Shown here in pieces: positions 1-13,164 of a stretch of DNA of 64,000 bases. A model generated the notes under the pieces. That model saw nothing but the letters and a program-made list of their open reading frames with translations. It was not told where the DNA came from and did no database searches. The stretch covers positions 222,396,001-222,460,000 of the forward strand of contig NC_086097.1 of the NCBI RefSeq assembly GCF_963921235.1, read 5' to 3'. The first letter of the stretch is position 1; every line of letters starts with the position of its first letter. The stretch comes from Mobula hypostoma. Its lineage: Eukaryota. Position numbers and translations under genes: made by a program.

Positions 1-2031
1 TTTTGGAATTGCAAATGGTTATGGTTGGGTGCTGCCGGAGTCAGTACTGAACCCAACCTGTTTAAAATGTGTTCTAATGACTTGGTGCCTTTCTCAAAGT
101 CAATTCATTTTCTAGATCATGACATCTGTCAACTTTTAAGCAGTTTGCAGAACAAATACGATGTTATATGAATGAGAATTTATCTTGTTCAATAAAAGTG
201 GTTTTCTTCAGGATCCATCATTCTCCAACTGCATTTGGTTCATTGTCATTGATCTCCTTGACCGTGATGAAGTCTTAATTATGCAGAATAGTCCCTAGAT
301 ACTACATCTATGGATCCTCAGCATCTATATCAGACAGGCTTATGCCAAAAAGCATTTGTATATATAAATGTGAGGAGAATAATTTTAGATTTCCTTACTG
401 AAGTATATCTTAGCTGGCTAATTTAATGTATTAGTAACTATTTTTTTCCTAGGGATTTGCTTAGTAGAATTCTGCATTAAAAATGATATACAGCTTTCTT
501 TAAACTTTTCAAATGATTACAATTTAGTTTTCTTTCTACTAATAATGATACAAATATTTTTTCTCTGAGTGTGTCTGCATGTGTGTTTGTGTGTGTATAT
601 ACTTAGCTCTGTGCCTCACTCTGTCAAGACAATGCAGTAGCTAGTGTGTAATTGCCTCCCCACTTATTCAAGCAATTGAAGTATAGGTCCAGTAACTTGG
701 AACAGATGTAGAAGCAAGTCATTTTTGACCCTGATGAACTAACAAAGAGAAAGAAGAGCATGTAAGTCATCCTTTCTGGGCATGCGTCTGTGCAGCTTGA
801 ACATTATTCTATCCTACAGAGATACCCATACACACCGAATAATGCAGTTATAAATACATCGAGTTGGAGATTGTGACCAGAAAATCTCAGCTTCGCCGAA
901 TTCATTAGTAGCTAAGTATAAATCATGATTTTCTCAAAGTATAAGACAAGATCATTCACTTCAGCCTGTCTCAAGAGTCTAAATGACAGATTTTCCTTCT
1001 GACCTGATATGGTTTCTTGATGCTAAATGCAAATATCTCCATTCGTTGTGGATTCTGAAATTTATACAATTTGCTTGTAATTGCTTTTAAGAGAACATTT
1101 TTTCTTGCCATCCAATTTTAGCCTATTTCTTAAGTACAAATCGAAACATGAAAATTTTGGGTATACTTTGATAGCTGATAACCATCAATTAATTGAATTC
1201 ACATTATTACTTATGTCCTTCATATACATGAAAAGTAAAAACCTTTACATCTCCATCTAAATGTGCAATGTGCAATTTATAGCAATTTATAATAAATAGT
1301 ATGTACAACAGGATAGTCAATATAACATAGAAATACAGTTGTATCAGCATGAGTTAAGCAGTCTGATGGCCTAGTGGAAGAAGCTGTCCGGGAACCTGTT
1401 GGTCCTAGCTTTTATGCTGCGGTACCATTTCCCAGATGGTAGCAGCTGGATCAGTTTGTGGTTGGGGTGACTCAGGTCCCCAATGATCTTTCGGGCCCTT
1501 TTTACACACCTGTCTTTGTAAATGTCCTGAACAGTGAGAAGTTCACATCTACAGATGCGCCAGGCTGTCCGCACCACTCTCTGCAGAGTCCTGCGATTGA
1601 GGGAGTAAAATTCCCATACCAGGGCAGTGATGCAGCCAGTCAGGGTGCTCTCAATTGTGCCCCTATAGAATGTTCTTTGGATTTGAGGGCCCACACCAAA
1701 GCTCTTCAACGGTCTGAGGTGAAAGAGGTGCTGTTGTGCCTTTTTCACCCCACGACTGGTACGTACAGACCATGTGAGATCCTCGGTGATGTTTATGCTG
1801 AGGAATTTAAAACTGTTCACCCTCTCAATCCCAGATCCGTTGATGTCAATGGGAGCTAACCTATCTCCATTCCTCCTGTAGTCCACAATCAGCTCCTTTG
1901 CCTTTGCGACATTGAGGGAGAGGTTGTTTTCTTAACATCACTGTGTCAGGGTGATGACTTCTTCTCTGTAGGCTGCCTCATTATTATTTGAGATTAGGTC
2001 AATCAGTGTGGTGTTGTCAGCAAATTTAATT

Positions 2032-2484
2032 CAGATATATCCATACATGGCCTCCTCTACTGCCATGATGAGGCTAAACTCAGGTTGGAGGAGCAACACC
2101 TCATATACCGTCTAGGTAGTCTCCAGCCCCTTGGTATGAACATAGAATTCTCCAACTTCCGGTAATTCCCTCCCCCTCCCTTCCTCTATCCCTATTTCAC
2201 ATCACCTCCCTCATAGTTCCGCCTCCTTCTACTACTGCGCATTGTTCTCCTGCCAATCACCTCCCTGCTTCCCCTCCCCCACCCCTTTGTCTTTCAAATT
2301 ACTGTTTTTTTCAACTACCAGCGTTCTTCAAACCCTCCCCAAACGTTCTTCCTTCAGTCCTGACGAAGGGTTTCGGCTCGAAACGTTGACTAATCTTTTC
2401 AACTGATGCTGACTGACCTGCTGAGTTCCTCCAGCGCATTGTGAGTGTTCCTTTGACAAAAGCATCTGCAGATTATTTTGTGTT
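2032..2484 (+). mobile_element. Penelope-like element 3' fragment with hammerhead motif
   Basis: Contains PLE C-terminal sequence (RLEEQHLIYRLGSLQPLGMNIEF) followed by the terminal repeat. Flanked by a 13-bp direct repeat agcaaatttaatt (2019-2031 / 2485-2497). Confidence 0.85.
2355..2392 (+). ncRNA. Minimal type I hammerhead ribozyme motif (PLE)
   Basis: cagtc-c-CTGACGA-a-gggtttcggctc-GAAAC-GTT-gact: core boxes, stem II and stem I (agtc/gact) are present. Confidence 0.7.
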
Positions 2485-4579
2485 AGCAAATTTAATTAGC
2501 AGATTGGAACTGTGGATGACAACACAGTCATGGGTATACAGGGAGTAAATGAGGGGGCTTAGGACACAACTCTGAGGGGCACCTGTGTTAAGGGTCAGAG
2601 GGGCAAGGGTGAGGAAGCCCACTCTTACCACCTGCTGGAGATCTGACAGGAAGTCCAGGATTCAGCTACACCAGGCAGGGTGAAGGACGAGGTCTCTGAG
2701 CTTCTTGTCAAGCCTGGAGGGAATGTAATAGGTTGTAATATACTGTGTTAAAAGAAAAACAGGTTTTCTATTCTCTGCCTCTTTACGTTCTCATTTTGTG
2801 AAGCAGCTGGGGCCTTCACTACACATTAGGGAAGTCCCACTTTGGCCAAATTTTCCATAATAGGCAATTTTAAGTACAGTTTTTGAAACTTACTTTCTCC
2901 TGAAGTTTCTGCTTTTATTTGTGTACTACCAACAAAAAATCTACCATAAACTAATATGATAAGGTAATTTTGTCTTCTCTAAGTTTCTCACAATGCTATT
3001 TCACAGTCTCCAGTGTTTTAGTTTGTCTAAATTTCAATGTCATGTTTCCTACACCTTGATATGTTCCATCACAAATCATGCTAACATTTGGAAAGTCTTT
3101 TTACCTTCAGCGCATCAAACTTAAAATTTTCTTGGCATGTTCATATTTCTCAGTGATCTTATTCAGTTCTACAGGCCCCATGCACACAAATCCTTTGCTG
3201 CTACATTTGTGAATTTCTGTCATTCACATCATGGTTTCAAAGACTTCATCCTTCTGTTATCCCCTTTCTAAACTCCTCTGTTTACTTTTTATTGCATCTT
3301 GAAATACTTATTAAAATGTATTTGTTTGTTTATTCTTTTTGACCACTCTTCCAATCTTCAGACAGAATACAAATTTTATTAATTATCTTCCTTCTTAATG
3401 CAATTTTATGGCAATACTCTATTGATGCAGGTTGTTGTTATCATCTCTTTATATTTTTTAAGCATCTGACCAAAAATAAAATGTAGTTTTTGAGTTAATT
3501 TATCCTGCAACACTAGCAGTGAGTGCATGATCTTCCGATGGAATTTAGAAACTTTGACCTAGTTAAAATACGTAAGCACTTAATTTCAATTGACGCTTAA
3601 ACTCTGTTTACCCAAGAACTAATCTTGTACAAATGGTATTGAAGTAAATCCTGGGATTTCAAGTTTGAGAATTAATTGTGTTTCATTTTTGCTTTTGCAT
3701 TAAATTCTACTATGGTGTTTCAAACCACTTCTTTATGTTATTCATAATCCAGTTTCTTAATTTAATCTGCTCAATTTATGCCTAATCCATCAACTGGAAC
3801 TATTCAAGACTCTCAGCAGCTGTGCATCCTTGTGACTTGGTATGAAATGAGAATGATTGGTTTCACATTTTGTCCTGTGCAGAGAATAACCATATCAAAG
3901 AAGTATGGCTATAAACAGAAATTTTGAGGTATGAAATTCAGAAGAAAAGTATATATAATTAATTTGGTTCGTTAACGAGTTAGAAAAATTATCACTATAT
4001 AACCTGTTCAACTATGAGGTTTGTTAAAACCTTCATGAGCTCTAATTAGCACCAAATCTGTGATGAACTGGTTCATTTCTCAGCATGCTGATCATATTTC
4101 ACTAATATTATAAAATAGAATATTCAACACCAATGGTTAAAAATAAATATCATCAGTACAAATAATAGATCATAACACAGTTGATTCCTGAGTGCAGGAG
4201 CATGTTCCTATGTTTACTGAAAGAGACCTCAAGAGGCTGGCAGTTTGCCTCTTCTATAAAGGGATGTCTCCATTCAGGGAGCCTTAGGGACCTTACACTT
4301 TAGCCCTATGTATTTCTCAGCTTTCACATTTGGTAGGTCTCTGTACAAGAGGACTGCTATCTATTATGAACTACAAAAGTACCAAATGCCTGTAAGCTAA
4401 AGGAGAAGGGAATGAAGTTTTCTATATGAAACGCCAATGTGTTCTTTAATGTTGCAGTGATTATCAAATTCAAACTCAAATGACATTAGGTTAGAAACAT
4501 TATGACGACTTCTACTATGAGAGCAGATCTATCTTGAATCATAGATCTGAGTGAAGACTGCCTTGTGAAAGCATGACCA

Positions 4580-4896
4580 GCACAGACGTTGCTGTTCTCA
4601 GGAGGGTAGGTAAGAGCATGGATTCCTGTGAATACTGGTTGAATAAGGAGTTGGGTGCAGAGCTTTCTCAACCAAGAGCTGTCCAAAAGTCAGGAAGATA
4701 TGTTGCAGTTTTATAAGACTCCAGTTAAGCCGCTACTGGCATATGGCATACAGTTCTGGCCACCTTATTACAGGAGGATATCGAGGCTTTGGAGAAGGTG
4801 TAGAAGAGGCTTACCAGGATGCTGTTTGGATTAGAGGCCATGTGCTATAATGAGAGTTTGATAACTTGGGGCGTTTTCTCTGGAGTGGCAGAGGCC
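4580..4896 (+). mobile_element. CR1 LINE ORF2 3' fragment, decayed
   Basis: Matches the LQFYKT.V.P.L.Y..QFW.PYYRRI.EALEKV.KR.TRML region seen in other CR1 copies in this window. Confidence 0.7.
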
Positions 4897-5855
4897 AAGT
4901 CAAAAGCCTTTCAAAAGTTCATGTAAATAATATCCACCACCTTGCCTTCATCAACTTTCCTGGTAACTTTCTCAATAAACTCTATAAGATTGGTTAGATA
5001 TGACCTACAATGCACAAAGCTATGTTGACTATCCCTAATCAATACCTGTCTAACCAAATACTGACATATCGGTCCCTTAGATACCAGCCTATATTTTCCT
5101 GGTTTATTCTTAGAGCCTTTATTAAATAATGGAACAACATCAGCTATCCTCCAATCCTGTGGTCCCTCACCTGTGGCTAAGGATGTTTTAAATATCTGTG
5201 CTAGGGCCCCTGTAATTTCTGCACCAGCTTCGCACAGGGTCAGAAGAAAATCCCTGTCAGGCCTTGGGGACAATTTTCCTCAAGACAGCAAACACTGGGA
5301 GGTGGTCAAGAAGGTTCAGTCACTTAGCATTCAAGATGAGGTAGTAAATTGGATTAGACATTGGCTTTGTGGGAGAATAGAGAGAGTGGTAGTAGATGGT
5401 TGCCTCTCTGACTGAAGGTTTGTGACTAGTGGAGTCAAGGATCAATGCTTGGTCTGTTGTTGTTTGTCATGGATATCAATGATCTGGATGATAATCTGGT
5501 TAACGGAATCAGCAAATTTGATGCTGACACTAACATTGGGGATGTAGTGGACAGCGACGGATACCATCAGAGCTTGCAGTGGGTTCTGAATCATCTGGAA
5601 ATATGGACTGAAAAATGGCAGATGGAATTTAATGCAGGCAAATGCAAGGTATGTCATTTCGGTACAACCAGCCAGAGTAGGTCTTACACAGTGAACGGTA
5701 CGAAGTGTACAGTAGGGCACTGAGGAGTCTAGTAGAACAAAGGGATTGGGGAATACAGGTTCATAATTCACTGAAGGTGGCATCACAGGTACATAGGGTC
5801 ATAAAGAAAGCTTTTGGCACATTAACCTTCATAAATCAAAGTACTGAGTACAGGA

Positions 5856-6345
5856 CGCAAACACGAGGAATCCTGCAGATGCTGGAACCTCCAACCTGAT
5901 GGCATGAACATTGGGTAGCCTCCAACCTGATGGCATGAACATTGACTCCTCTAACTTCCGCTAATGCCCCACCTCCCCCTCGTACCCCATCCGTTATTTA
6001 TATACATACATTCTTTCTCTCACTCTCCTTTTTCTCCCTCTGTCCCTCTGACTATACCCCTTGCCCATTCTCTGGGTTTTCCCCCCCTCCCCCTTTTCCT
6101 ACTCCCTGGGCCTCCTGTCCCATGATCCTCTCATATCCCTTTTGCCAATCACCTGTCCGGCTCTTGGCTCCATCCCTCCCCCTCCTGTTGATATCATTTT
6201 GGATCTCCCCCTCCCCCTTTTAAATCTCTTACTAGCTCTTCCTTCAGTTAGTCCTGACGAAGGGTCTTGGCCTGAAACGTCGACTGTACTTCTTCCTAGA
6301 GATGCTGCCTAGCCTGCTGCGTTCACCAGCAAATTTGATGTGTGT
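5856..6345 (+). mobile_element. Penelope-like element fragment with short inverted 5' piece
   Basis: Exact 14-bp TSD tactgagtacagga (5842-5855 / 6346-6359). Same family as 59841-60429, and carries a hammerhead motif. Confidence 0.9.
6249..6286 (+). ncRNA. Minimal type I hammerhead ribozyme motif, core intact
   Basis: tagtc-CTGACGA-a-gggtcttggcct-GAAAC-GTC-gactg, with a GUC cleavage triplet. Confidence 0.8.
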
Positions 6346-6939
6346 TACTGAGTACAGGAGATGGTATGTTATGTCAAAGTTGTATAAGACATTGGTGAGG
6401 CCTAATTTGGAGTACGCATTGTGTGTAGTTTTGGTCACACAGGTAAGGTGTGAATAGGGATGAAAGTACAGAGAAAATTTACAAGAATGTTGCTGGGTCT
6501 GGAAGACTTGAATTATAAGGAAAGATTGAACAGGTTACGACTTTATTCCTTGGAATATGGAAGATTGCGGGAAGATTTGATCAAGGTATAAATGATTATG
6601 TGTGGTATAGATAGGGGAAATGCATCAGGCTTTTTCCATTGAGGGTGGGTGGGAGGGACTACAACTAGAGATCATGGTTAAGGGTGAAAGGTGAAAAGTT
6701 TATGGGGAACATGAGGGGAAAATTCTTCACTCAGAGTTGTGAGAGTATGCTGCCAGCACAAGTGGTGGATGTGAGCTCGATTTCAATGTTTTAAGAGAAA
6801 TTTGGATAGGTACATTAATGGCAGGGATTTGGAGTGCTATGGTCCAAATGCAGGTCAAAGGACTAACCAGGCATTTTAAATGGTTTGGCACAGACTAGAT
6901 GGGCCAAAGGTCCTGTTTCTGTACAGTACTTTCCTATGA

Positions 6940-9900
6940 GAAGAGTTTAAAGAGGCGGCTTTATACAGCATGTGCCAGAGTAGAGGGAGACAGACTAGGA
7001 AGGCTTTGGCTCAATGGGGCTTCGGTATTAATGGGTCGAGGCGGGGTAGGTTGCCTGTGTAGAATACAGACAGGAAGTATGTGTGTGATGCCGGTGTTCG
7101 GTGCTCAGCGTCAAATGTAGGAAGTCCTGGAGACTCCCGGCCTCCCAGACAGCCACATCTGCACCAGGTGCATTGAGCTGCAGCTCCTTAGGGATTGGGT
7201 TAGGGAACTGGAGATGCAGCTCGATGAACTTCGTCTGGTCAGGGAGAGTAAGGAGGTAATAAAGAGGAGCTATAGGCAGGTAGTCATACCGGAGACTTGG
7301 AAGACAGATAAGTGGGTAACAGTCAGGAGAGGGAAGGGCAAGAGTCAGATGCGAGAGACTACCCCTGTGGCTGTCCCCTTAACAATAAGAACTCCTGTTT
7401 GTGTATTGTTGTGGGGGGGTCAGCCTACCTGGGGGAAGCAACAGTGGCCATGCCTCTGGCACAGAGTCTATCCCTGTGGCTCAGAAAGGTAGAGAAAGGA
7501 AGAAGATGGCAGCAGTGATAGAGGGCTCTATAGTTAAGGGGTCAGACAGGCAATTCTGTGGACGCAGGAAATAAACACAGATGGTAGTTTGCCTCCCAGG
7601 TGCCAGGGTCCGGGATGTTTCTGATCATGTCTACGATATCCTGAAGTGGAAAGGAGAATAGCCAGAGGTCGTGGTACATATTGGTACCAACGGCATAGGT
7701 AGGAAAAGGGAGGAGGTCCTGAAAACAGACTATGGGGGGCTAGGAAGGAAGTTGAGAAGCAGGACCTCAAAGGTAGTAATCTCGGGATTACTGCCTGTGC
7801 CATGTGACAGTGAGTATAGGAATAGAGTGAGGTGGAGGATAAATGAGTGGCTGAGGGATTGGAGCAGGGGGCAGGGATTCAGATTTCTAGATCATTGGGA
7901 CCTCTTTTGGGGCAGGAGTGACCTGTACAAAAAGGACGAGTTGCACTTGAATCCCAGGGGGTCCAATATCCTGGCTGGGAGGTTTGCTAAGGCTATTGGA
8001 GAGAGTTTAAACTAGAATTGCTGGGGGTTGGGAGACAGAGGAAGAGGCGGTTGGCTCACAAATTGAGAAAGCCTGGAGACAGTGCATGAGGGAGGATAGG
8101 CAGGTGATAGAGAAGGGACGCACTCAGACCGATGGTTTGAGATGTGTCTATTTTAATGTAAGGAGTATTATGAACCAAACGGATTAGCTTAAAGTGTGGA
8201 TCAGTACTTGGAGCTATGATGTTGCGGCCATTACAGAGACTTGGATAGCTCAGGGGCAGGAATGGTTACTTCGAGTACCAGGCTTTAGGTATTTCAGGGA
8301 GGAAGGTAAAAGAGGTGGGGGCATGGCAATGTTGATCAGAGACAGTGCCACGGCTGCAGAAAAGGAGAAAGCCATGGAGGGATTGTCTACAGAGTCTCTG
8401 TGGGTGGTAGTTAGGAACAGGAAGGGCTCAATAACTCTGCTGGGTGTTTTTTATAGACCTCCCGATAGTAACAGGGACATTGAAAAGCAGATAAAGAGAC
8501 AGATTCTAGAAAGGTAATAATAACAGGGTTGTCATGGTGGGAGATCTTAATTTCCCAAATATTGATTGGCATTTCCCTAGAGAAAGGGGTTCAGGTGTGT
8601 GGAGTTTGTTAGGTGTGTTCAGGAAGGTTTCTTGGCACAATATGGAGATATGCCTACAAGAGGAGAGGCTGTACTTGATCTAGTACTGGGAAATGAACCT
8701 GATCAGGTGTCAGATCTCTCAGTGGGAGAGCATTTTGGAGATAGTGATCACAGTTCTATCTCCTTTACCATAGCATTGGAGAGGCATAGGAACAGACAAG
8801 TTAAGAAAGTGTTTAATTGGAGTAAGGGGAAATATAAGTTTATCAGGCAAGAACTTGAAAGCAGAGGTTACAGCGGGACATTGATAGGATGCAAAACTAG
8901 GCTGAGAAGTGGCAGATGGAATTCAACCCAGATAAATGTGAGGTGGTTCATTTTGGTAGGTCAAATATGATGGCAGAATATAGTATTAATGATAAGACTC
9001 TTGGCAGTGTGGAGGATCGGAGGGATTTTGGGGTCCGATTCCATAGAACGCTCAAAACTGTTATGCAGGTTGACTCTATGGTTAAGAAGGCATACGGTGA
9101 ATTGGCCTTCATCAATCATGAGAATGAGTTTAGGAGCCGAGGGGTAATGTTGCAGCTATATAGGACCCTGGTCAGACATGACTTGGAGTACTGTCCTCAG
9201 TTCTGGTCACTTCACTACAGGAAGGATGTGGAAACCATAGAAAGGGTGCAGAGGAGATTTACAAGGATGTTGCTTGGATTAGGGGGCATGTCTTATGAGA
9301 ATAGGTTGAGTGAACTCAGCCTTTTCTCCTTGGAGCAACAGGGTATGAGAGGTGATCTAATAGAGGTGTATAAGATGATGAGAGGCATTGATTGTGTGGA
9401 TAGTCAGAGGCTTTTTCCCAGGGCTAAAATGGCTAGCATGAGAGGGCATAGTTTTAAGGTGCTTGGAAGCAGGTATAGAAGAGATGTCAGGGGGTAAGTC
9501 ATCCTGGCACACAGATACTTCCAAGGCATTAAAGGTTTGGTAACCTCAAGGTAAATTCACTTACTACTGGATAGAGATGGCAGAACTTTATTGTTCCTTT
9601 TCTGAATTCAAAGTGCTATATCAGAACATGAATCATTAACTCAGAATTTTTCAACTACATTATTTATGAACATCATGAACATCCCAGGGCTGAAGTGGGT
9701 AGCATGAGAGGGCACAGCTTTAAGGTGCTTGGAAGTAGGTACAGAGGAGATGTCAGGGGTAAGTTTTTTATGCAGAGAGTAGTGAGTGCATTGAATAGGC
9801 TGCCGGCAACAGTGGTGGAGGGTCTTTTAAGAGACTCTTGGATAAGTGCACGGAGATAAGAGAATTAGAGGGCTCTGGGTAACCCTAGGTAATTTCTAAG

Positions 9901-9972
9901 GTAAGGACATGTTCAGCACAGCTTTGTGGGCCAAAGGGCCTGTATTGTGCTGTAGATGTTCTATATTTCTAT
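6940..9972 (+). mobile_element. CR1 LINE with ORF1 (SGNH esterase), APE endonuclease, large internal RT deletion and 3' end
   Basis: ORF1 motifs CLPGA, VVVHIGTN and DELHLN..G. APE motifs AITETW, GVFYRPP and DLVLGN...HFGDSDH. Near 8862 it jumps directly to the late RT region (WQMEFNPDKCEVVHFG...IERVQRRFTRML). Ends in a ttctat-type tail. Confidence 0.9.
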
Positions 9973-9974
9973 GA

Positions 9975-11065
9975 CTCTGCCTCTCCATGACACCTCTGTA
10001 ATCTGTATAGGATCCATGACTTCACTGCTGCTTTGCCTCACTTCTATAGACTCTGTGTCCATCTCCCAAGTAAATTCATATGCAAAATAAAGTCAATTTA
10101 AGATTTTCCCCAACTCTTTTGACTCTATGAATCCACTCTGTTCTTCCAGAGGATCAATTTTGTCCATTGCTAACCTTTTGCTTTTGATATATCTGTAGAA
10201 GCTCCTTGGATTCTCCTTCACTTTGTTTGCTACAGAAATCTCATGCCTTGCTTTGGTCCTCCAGATTTACTTTTTAAATGTTCTCTTACATTTCTTATAG
10301 TCCTATACTCCTCAAGTACATATTTGCTCCTTCCTGCCTATATCTGCTCTGCACCTTCTTTTTCTTAACCAGTACCTCAATATCTCTCAAAAACCAAGGT
10401 TTCCTAATTCTGTTCTCCTTGCCTTTTATTCTGACAGGAACATACTAACTCTGAACTCTCAAAATTTCACTTTTGAAGGCCTCCCACTTACCAAGTACAC
10501 CTTTGCCAGAACACAACCTGCCCAATCCACATTTGCCAGATCCTTACTGATATCATCAAAATTGGCCTTTCTCCAATTTAGAAACTCAATCTGCCGACCA
10601 GACCTATCCTCCATAATTATCTTGAACCTAATGTCTTGATCACTAGATGCAACATGTTCCCCTACAGAAACTTCTGTCACTGCCCTGTCTTGTTTTCTAA
10701 TAAGAGACCTGCTATCGCACTCTCTCTCATTGGGGACTCTATGTACTTGCAACAGTCTGCAACCTCTCTGCAAATTTGCTCCCCTAAATCCCACAGACTG
10801 TTGAGTGGTCAATAATATAATCCCATTAATGTTGTCATCCATCCCTTTCTTATTCCCCAGTTCCACCTATATAGCCTCAGTAGATGAGTTCTCTGGTCTG
10901 CCCTGTCAGAACACTCCCTCCCTCTCTACCGCGTCTAAAACAACGAAATCCTGGAACTTCTAGTCCTGTCCCTCCTGCAACTAAATTTCACTAATGGCTA
11001 CAAAGTCACAATTCCACATGCTGAGCCATACCTCAAGCTCATCCACCTTTCCTACAATACTCCAT
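9975..11065 (-). mobile_element. CR1 LINE ORF2 (APE to early RT) fragment, decayed
   Basis: Minus ORF 10459-10866 reads VTEVSVGEHVASSD...FKIIME...LNWRKANFD. Confidence 0.75.
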
Positions 11066-11219
11066 AATGCTACAATACTATGTAGAGTGATATGCAAAAG
11101 TCTGTCTGTGAAATCAATTTTTATGTAATTGGCTTCTTTCAGTCATGTTTCTGAGAGTTCAGCATTATTAAAAGCTATAGCTCCAGTTACCAAATATTTT
11201 TGGTGATTGTTTATTTATT

Positions 11220-11492
11220 AGTTTATTGAGATACAGCGCGGAATAGGCTTTTCCAGCCCTTCGAGCCGTGCTGCCCAGCAACCCCCAATTTAACCCTGGC
11301 CCAATCACGGTACAATTTACAATGAGCAATTAACCAATCAACCAGTACGTCCTTGGACTGTGTGAGGGAACTAGAGCACCTGGGAAAAACCCACGCATTC
11401 CGCAGGCTCCTCACAGAAGGATGCTGGAATTGAACTTCAAACTCCCTCGCCCTGAGCTGTAGTGTCACATTTATCACTACACTACCATGGTG
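11220..11492 (-). mobile_element. tRNA-derived SINE (HE1/V-SINE-like)
   Basis: The minus strand starts with A/B-box-like sequence (catggtagtgtagtg ... gttcaattcc), has the body shared with 13225-13465 and 42335-42586, and ends in gctgtatctc plus an (aaat) tail. Confidence 0.75.
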
Positions 11493-11949
11493 AATTGACA
11501 TTTTTAAGATCAATGTGAGTAGAAATCTTGTTGATTTCATACTTTAAGCATTGTATCTGCTTCTGTCATTTGACAAAAAAAATGTGGTTGAAGAAGACCA
11601 ATAGAACATGAAAATATACCTCAAAAATAAGCAGCACTCAATTATTGAGAATGGTGTTAAGACACTTTGCACAAAGTGATTTCTTTCCATTGTGTAGCTA
11701 AATTTCAAGCCCAGTGCCTTCAACAAGCTTCTGATAATGATAATCCTCTCACTGAGTGCAATCTCATGCTTTTAAATACTGTATATTCTTTAACCTTGTT
11801 CAAATTTATTTCCCTGATTAATAGAGGAAGTCTTTACTTTTATGTATTCTATGTCTCACAAGACTGTAGTAAAATTATTCCTTGCTGTAAATAGGGAAAA
11901 CCTATTGCAAAATCGTGGCAGCTAATATTTTAGTTATTCTTTTTTCAAA

Positions 11950-13145
11950 ATCTGGGTCAAATGTCTCGGCCAGCAGTATTAACTATTCCTAAATGTCCTT
12001 GATAATGTATTGGTGGGCTGGAATCTTGAACCGTTAGACTTCTTTTGATGAAGGATCTTCCTCAGAACCATTCAGAAAGGGATTCCATAATTTTGACCCA
12101 AGAACTATGAAAGAACAGCAAGTCATGAAGGGGGTGTGTTGATGGTGGTTAACTATTTACCTGATGCCATTAGATTCTTTGCTATTATAGTTCACAGGTT
12201 TGGGAGAAAATATCTTAGTAGCCAAGTTAAGGACTGCAGTGCATTTTATAAATAGTATATACTGCAGCCACCATATATCAGTGGCAGTTGAATGAATGTT
12301 TAGGGTGGAGATTGTGTGACACTCAAGCAGTCTGGTTACTCCCATTGCCATTAAACTACAAATATCCAAATAGGAAGAGTAATCCATCACATCCCTGATT
12401 TACACCTTGTAGAGGTAGAAAAGGTTTCAAATGTCAATAGGTGAGTCAGCTGCTGAACTATTCCCAGCCTCTAACTTGCTGTTCTAGCTAAAATATCACA
12501 CGACAAGTCAAAAATAAGAGAAAATCTGCAGATGCAGGCTGAGTTCCTAGTCGGTAATGACCCTCCAGGGTGTTGACTGAGGATTCAATGATGGCAGGTC
12601 ATTCGATGCCCTCTTTTTGTCAATGGTCGTTGCCTGACAACTTTTTGCACAATCCTTTATTGTGCAAAAGATACTTTTTACTTGCTAAATGGTTGTAAAT
12701 GGAATTGAAGGGAATTGATCAGCAGACATCTCCATTTTGTCCTGATGAAGCAGACATATTTTACCTCAGACACTGCCTTAAAAAAACTCCTGCAATGATG
12801 ACCTCAAAAGAACATCATCTTTCTTTGTGCAAGGTATGACTCCAACCATTAGGTTTTTTTTTCCCTTTTAAAATCCATTCCAGTTTACCAAGGCTCTGTA
12901 TTGGCATTAAAATCAGTCAGTTCAGTGTTACCTCACACCTGGAATTAACTCCTTTGGTTAATGTTTAAACCAAGGTTGTGATACATCTGTATCCATACAG
13001 TCATGGCAAAATCCAAAGCGGACATCTGTGTAAGCTGCTTCATAGCACTGTCAGTACTTTGCTGAGGACTGTTAGTACACTGTGTGATCATAAGCTTGAT
13101 TTATTTGTCCTGCTTTTGTGAGCAGGACATACCTGGACAATTTAC
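11950..13145 (-). mobile_element. Old, heavily decayed CR1/L2-clade LINE RT remnants
   Basis: Segments such as tacaccttgtag...gtgagtcagc...cccagcctct and tgaccctccagggtgttga read on minus as late-RT motifs (LYK.., TLEG.I). Confidence 0.45.
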
Positions 13146-13164
13146 CTTATTCACATCCCAGCTT

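Larger units (their letters stand above)
1195..2725 (-). mobile_element. Rex1/Babar-type LINE, decayed 3' part of the RT ORF, interrupted by a PLE at 2032-2484
   Basis: ORF 1371-1886 has the Rex1 C-terminal motifs SFKFL.I.ITEDLTWS, FYRGTIES.LTGCIT, LQRVVRTA and LLPSGK.YRSI...TNR...SFF. Upstream RT sequence (GAPQSCVLSP-like, ~2560-2585) resumes after the insert. Confidence 0.85.
4897..6930 (+). mobile_element. 5'-truncated CR1 LINE with an inverted 5' segment (4897-5295, minus) and a PLE inserted at 5856-6345
   Basis: Minus ORF 4911-5273 reads DWRIADVVPLF.KGSK.KPG.YR.VS...QHSF...SYLTNLIEF...VDIIYMNF. The plus part from 5296 continues with the RT, including SKFDADT (FADD) and WQMEFN..KC.V.HFG, through to the 3' UTR. 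Confidence 0.85.

Noticed and set aside
200..298. Acceptor-like ttttcttcag followed by a short open frame
   Set aside because: The 28-codon frame is unrecognisable, and such sites are expected by chance.
706..768. Possible small exon (KQVIFDPDELTKRKKS followed by gtaagt)
   Set aside because: Good donor site, but no polypyrimidine acceptor, no recognisable protein and no partner exons.
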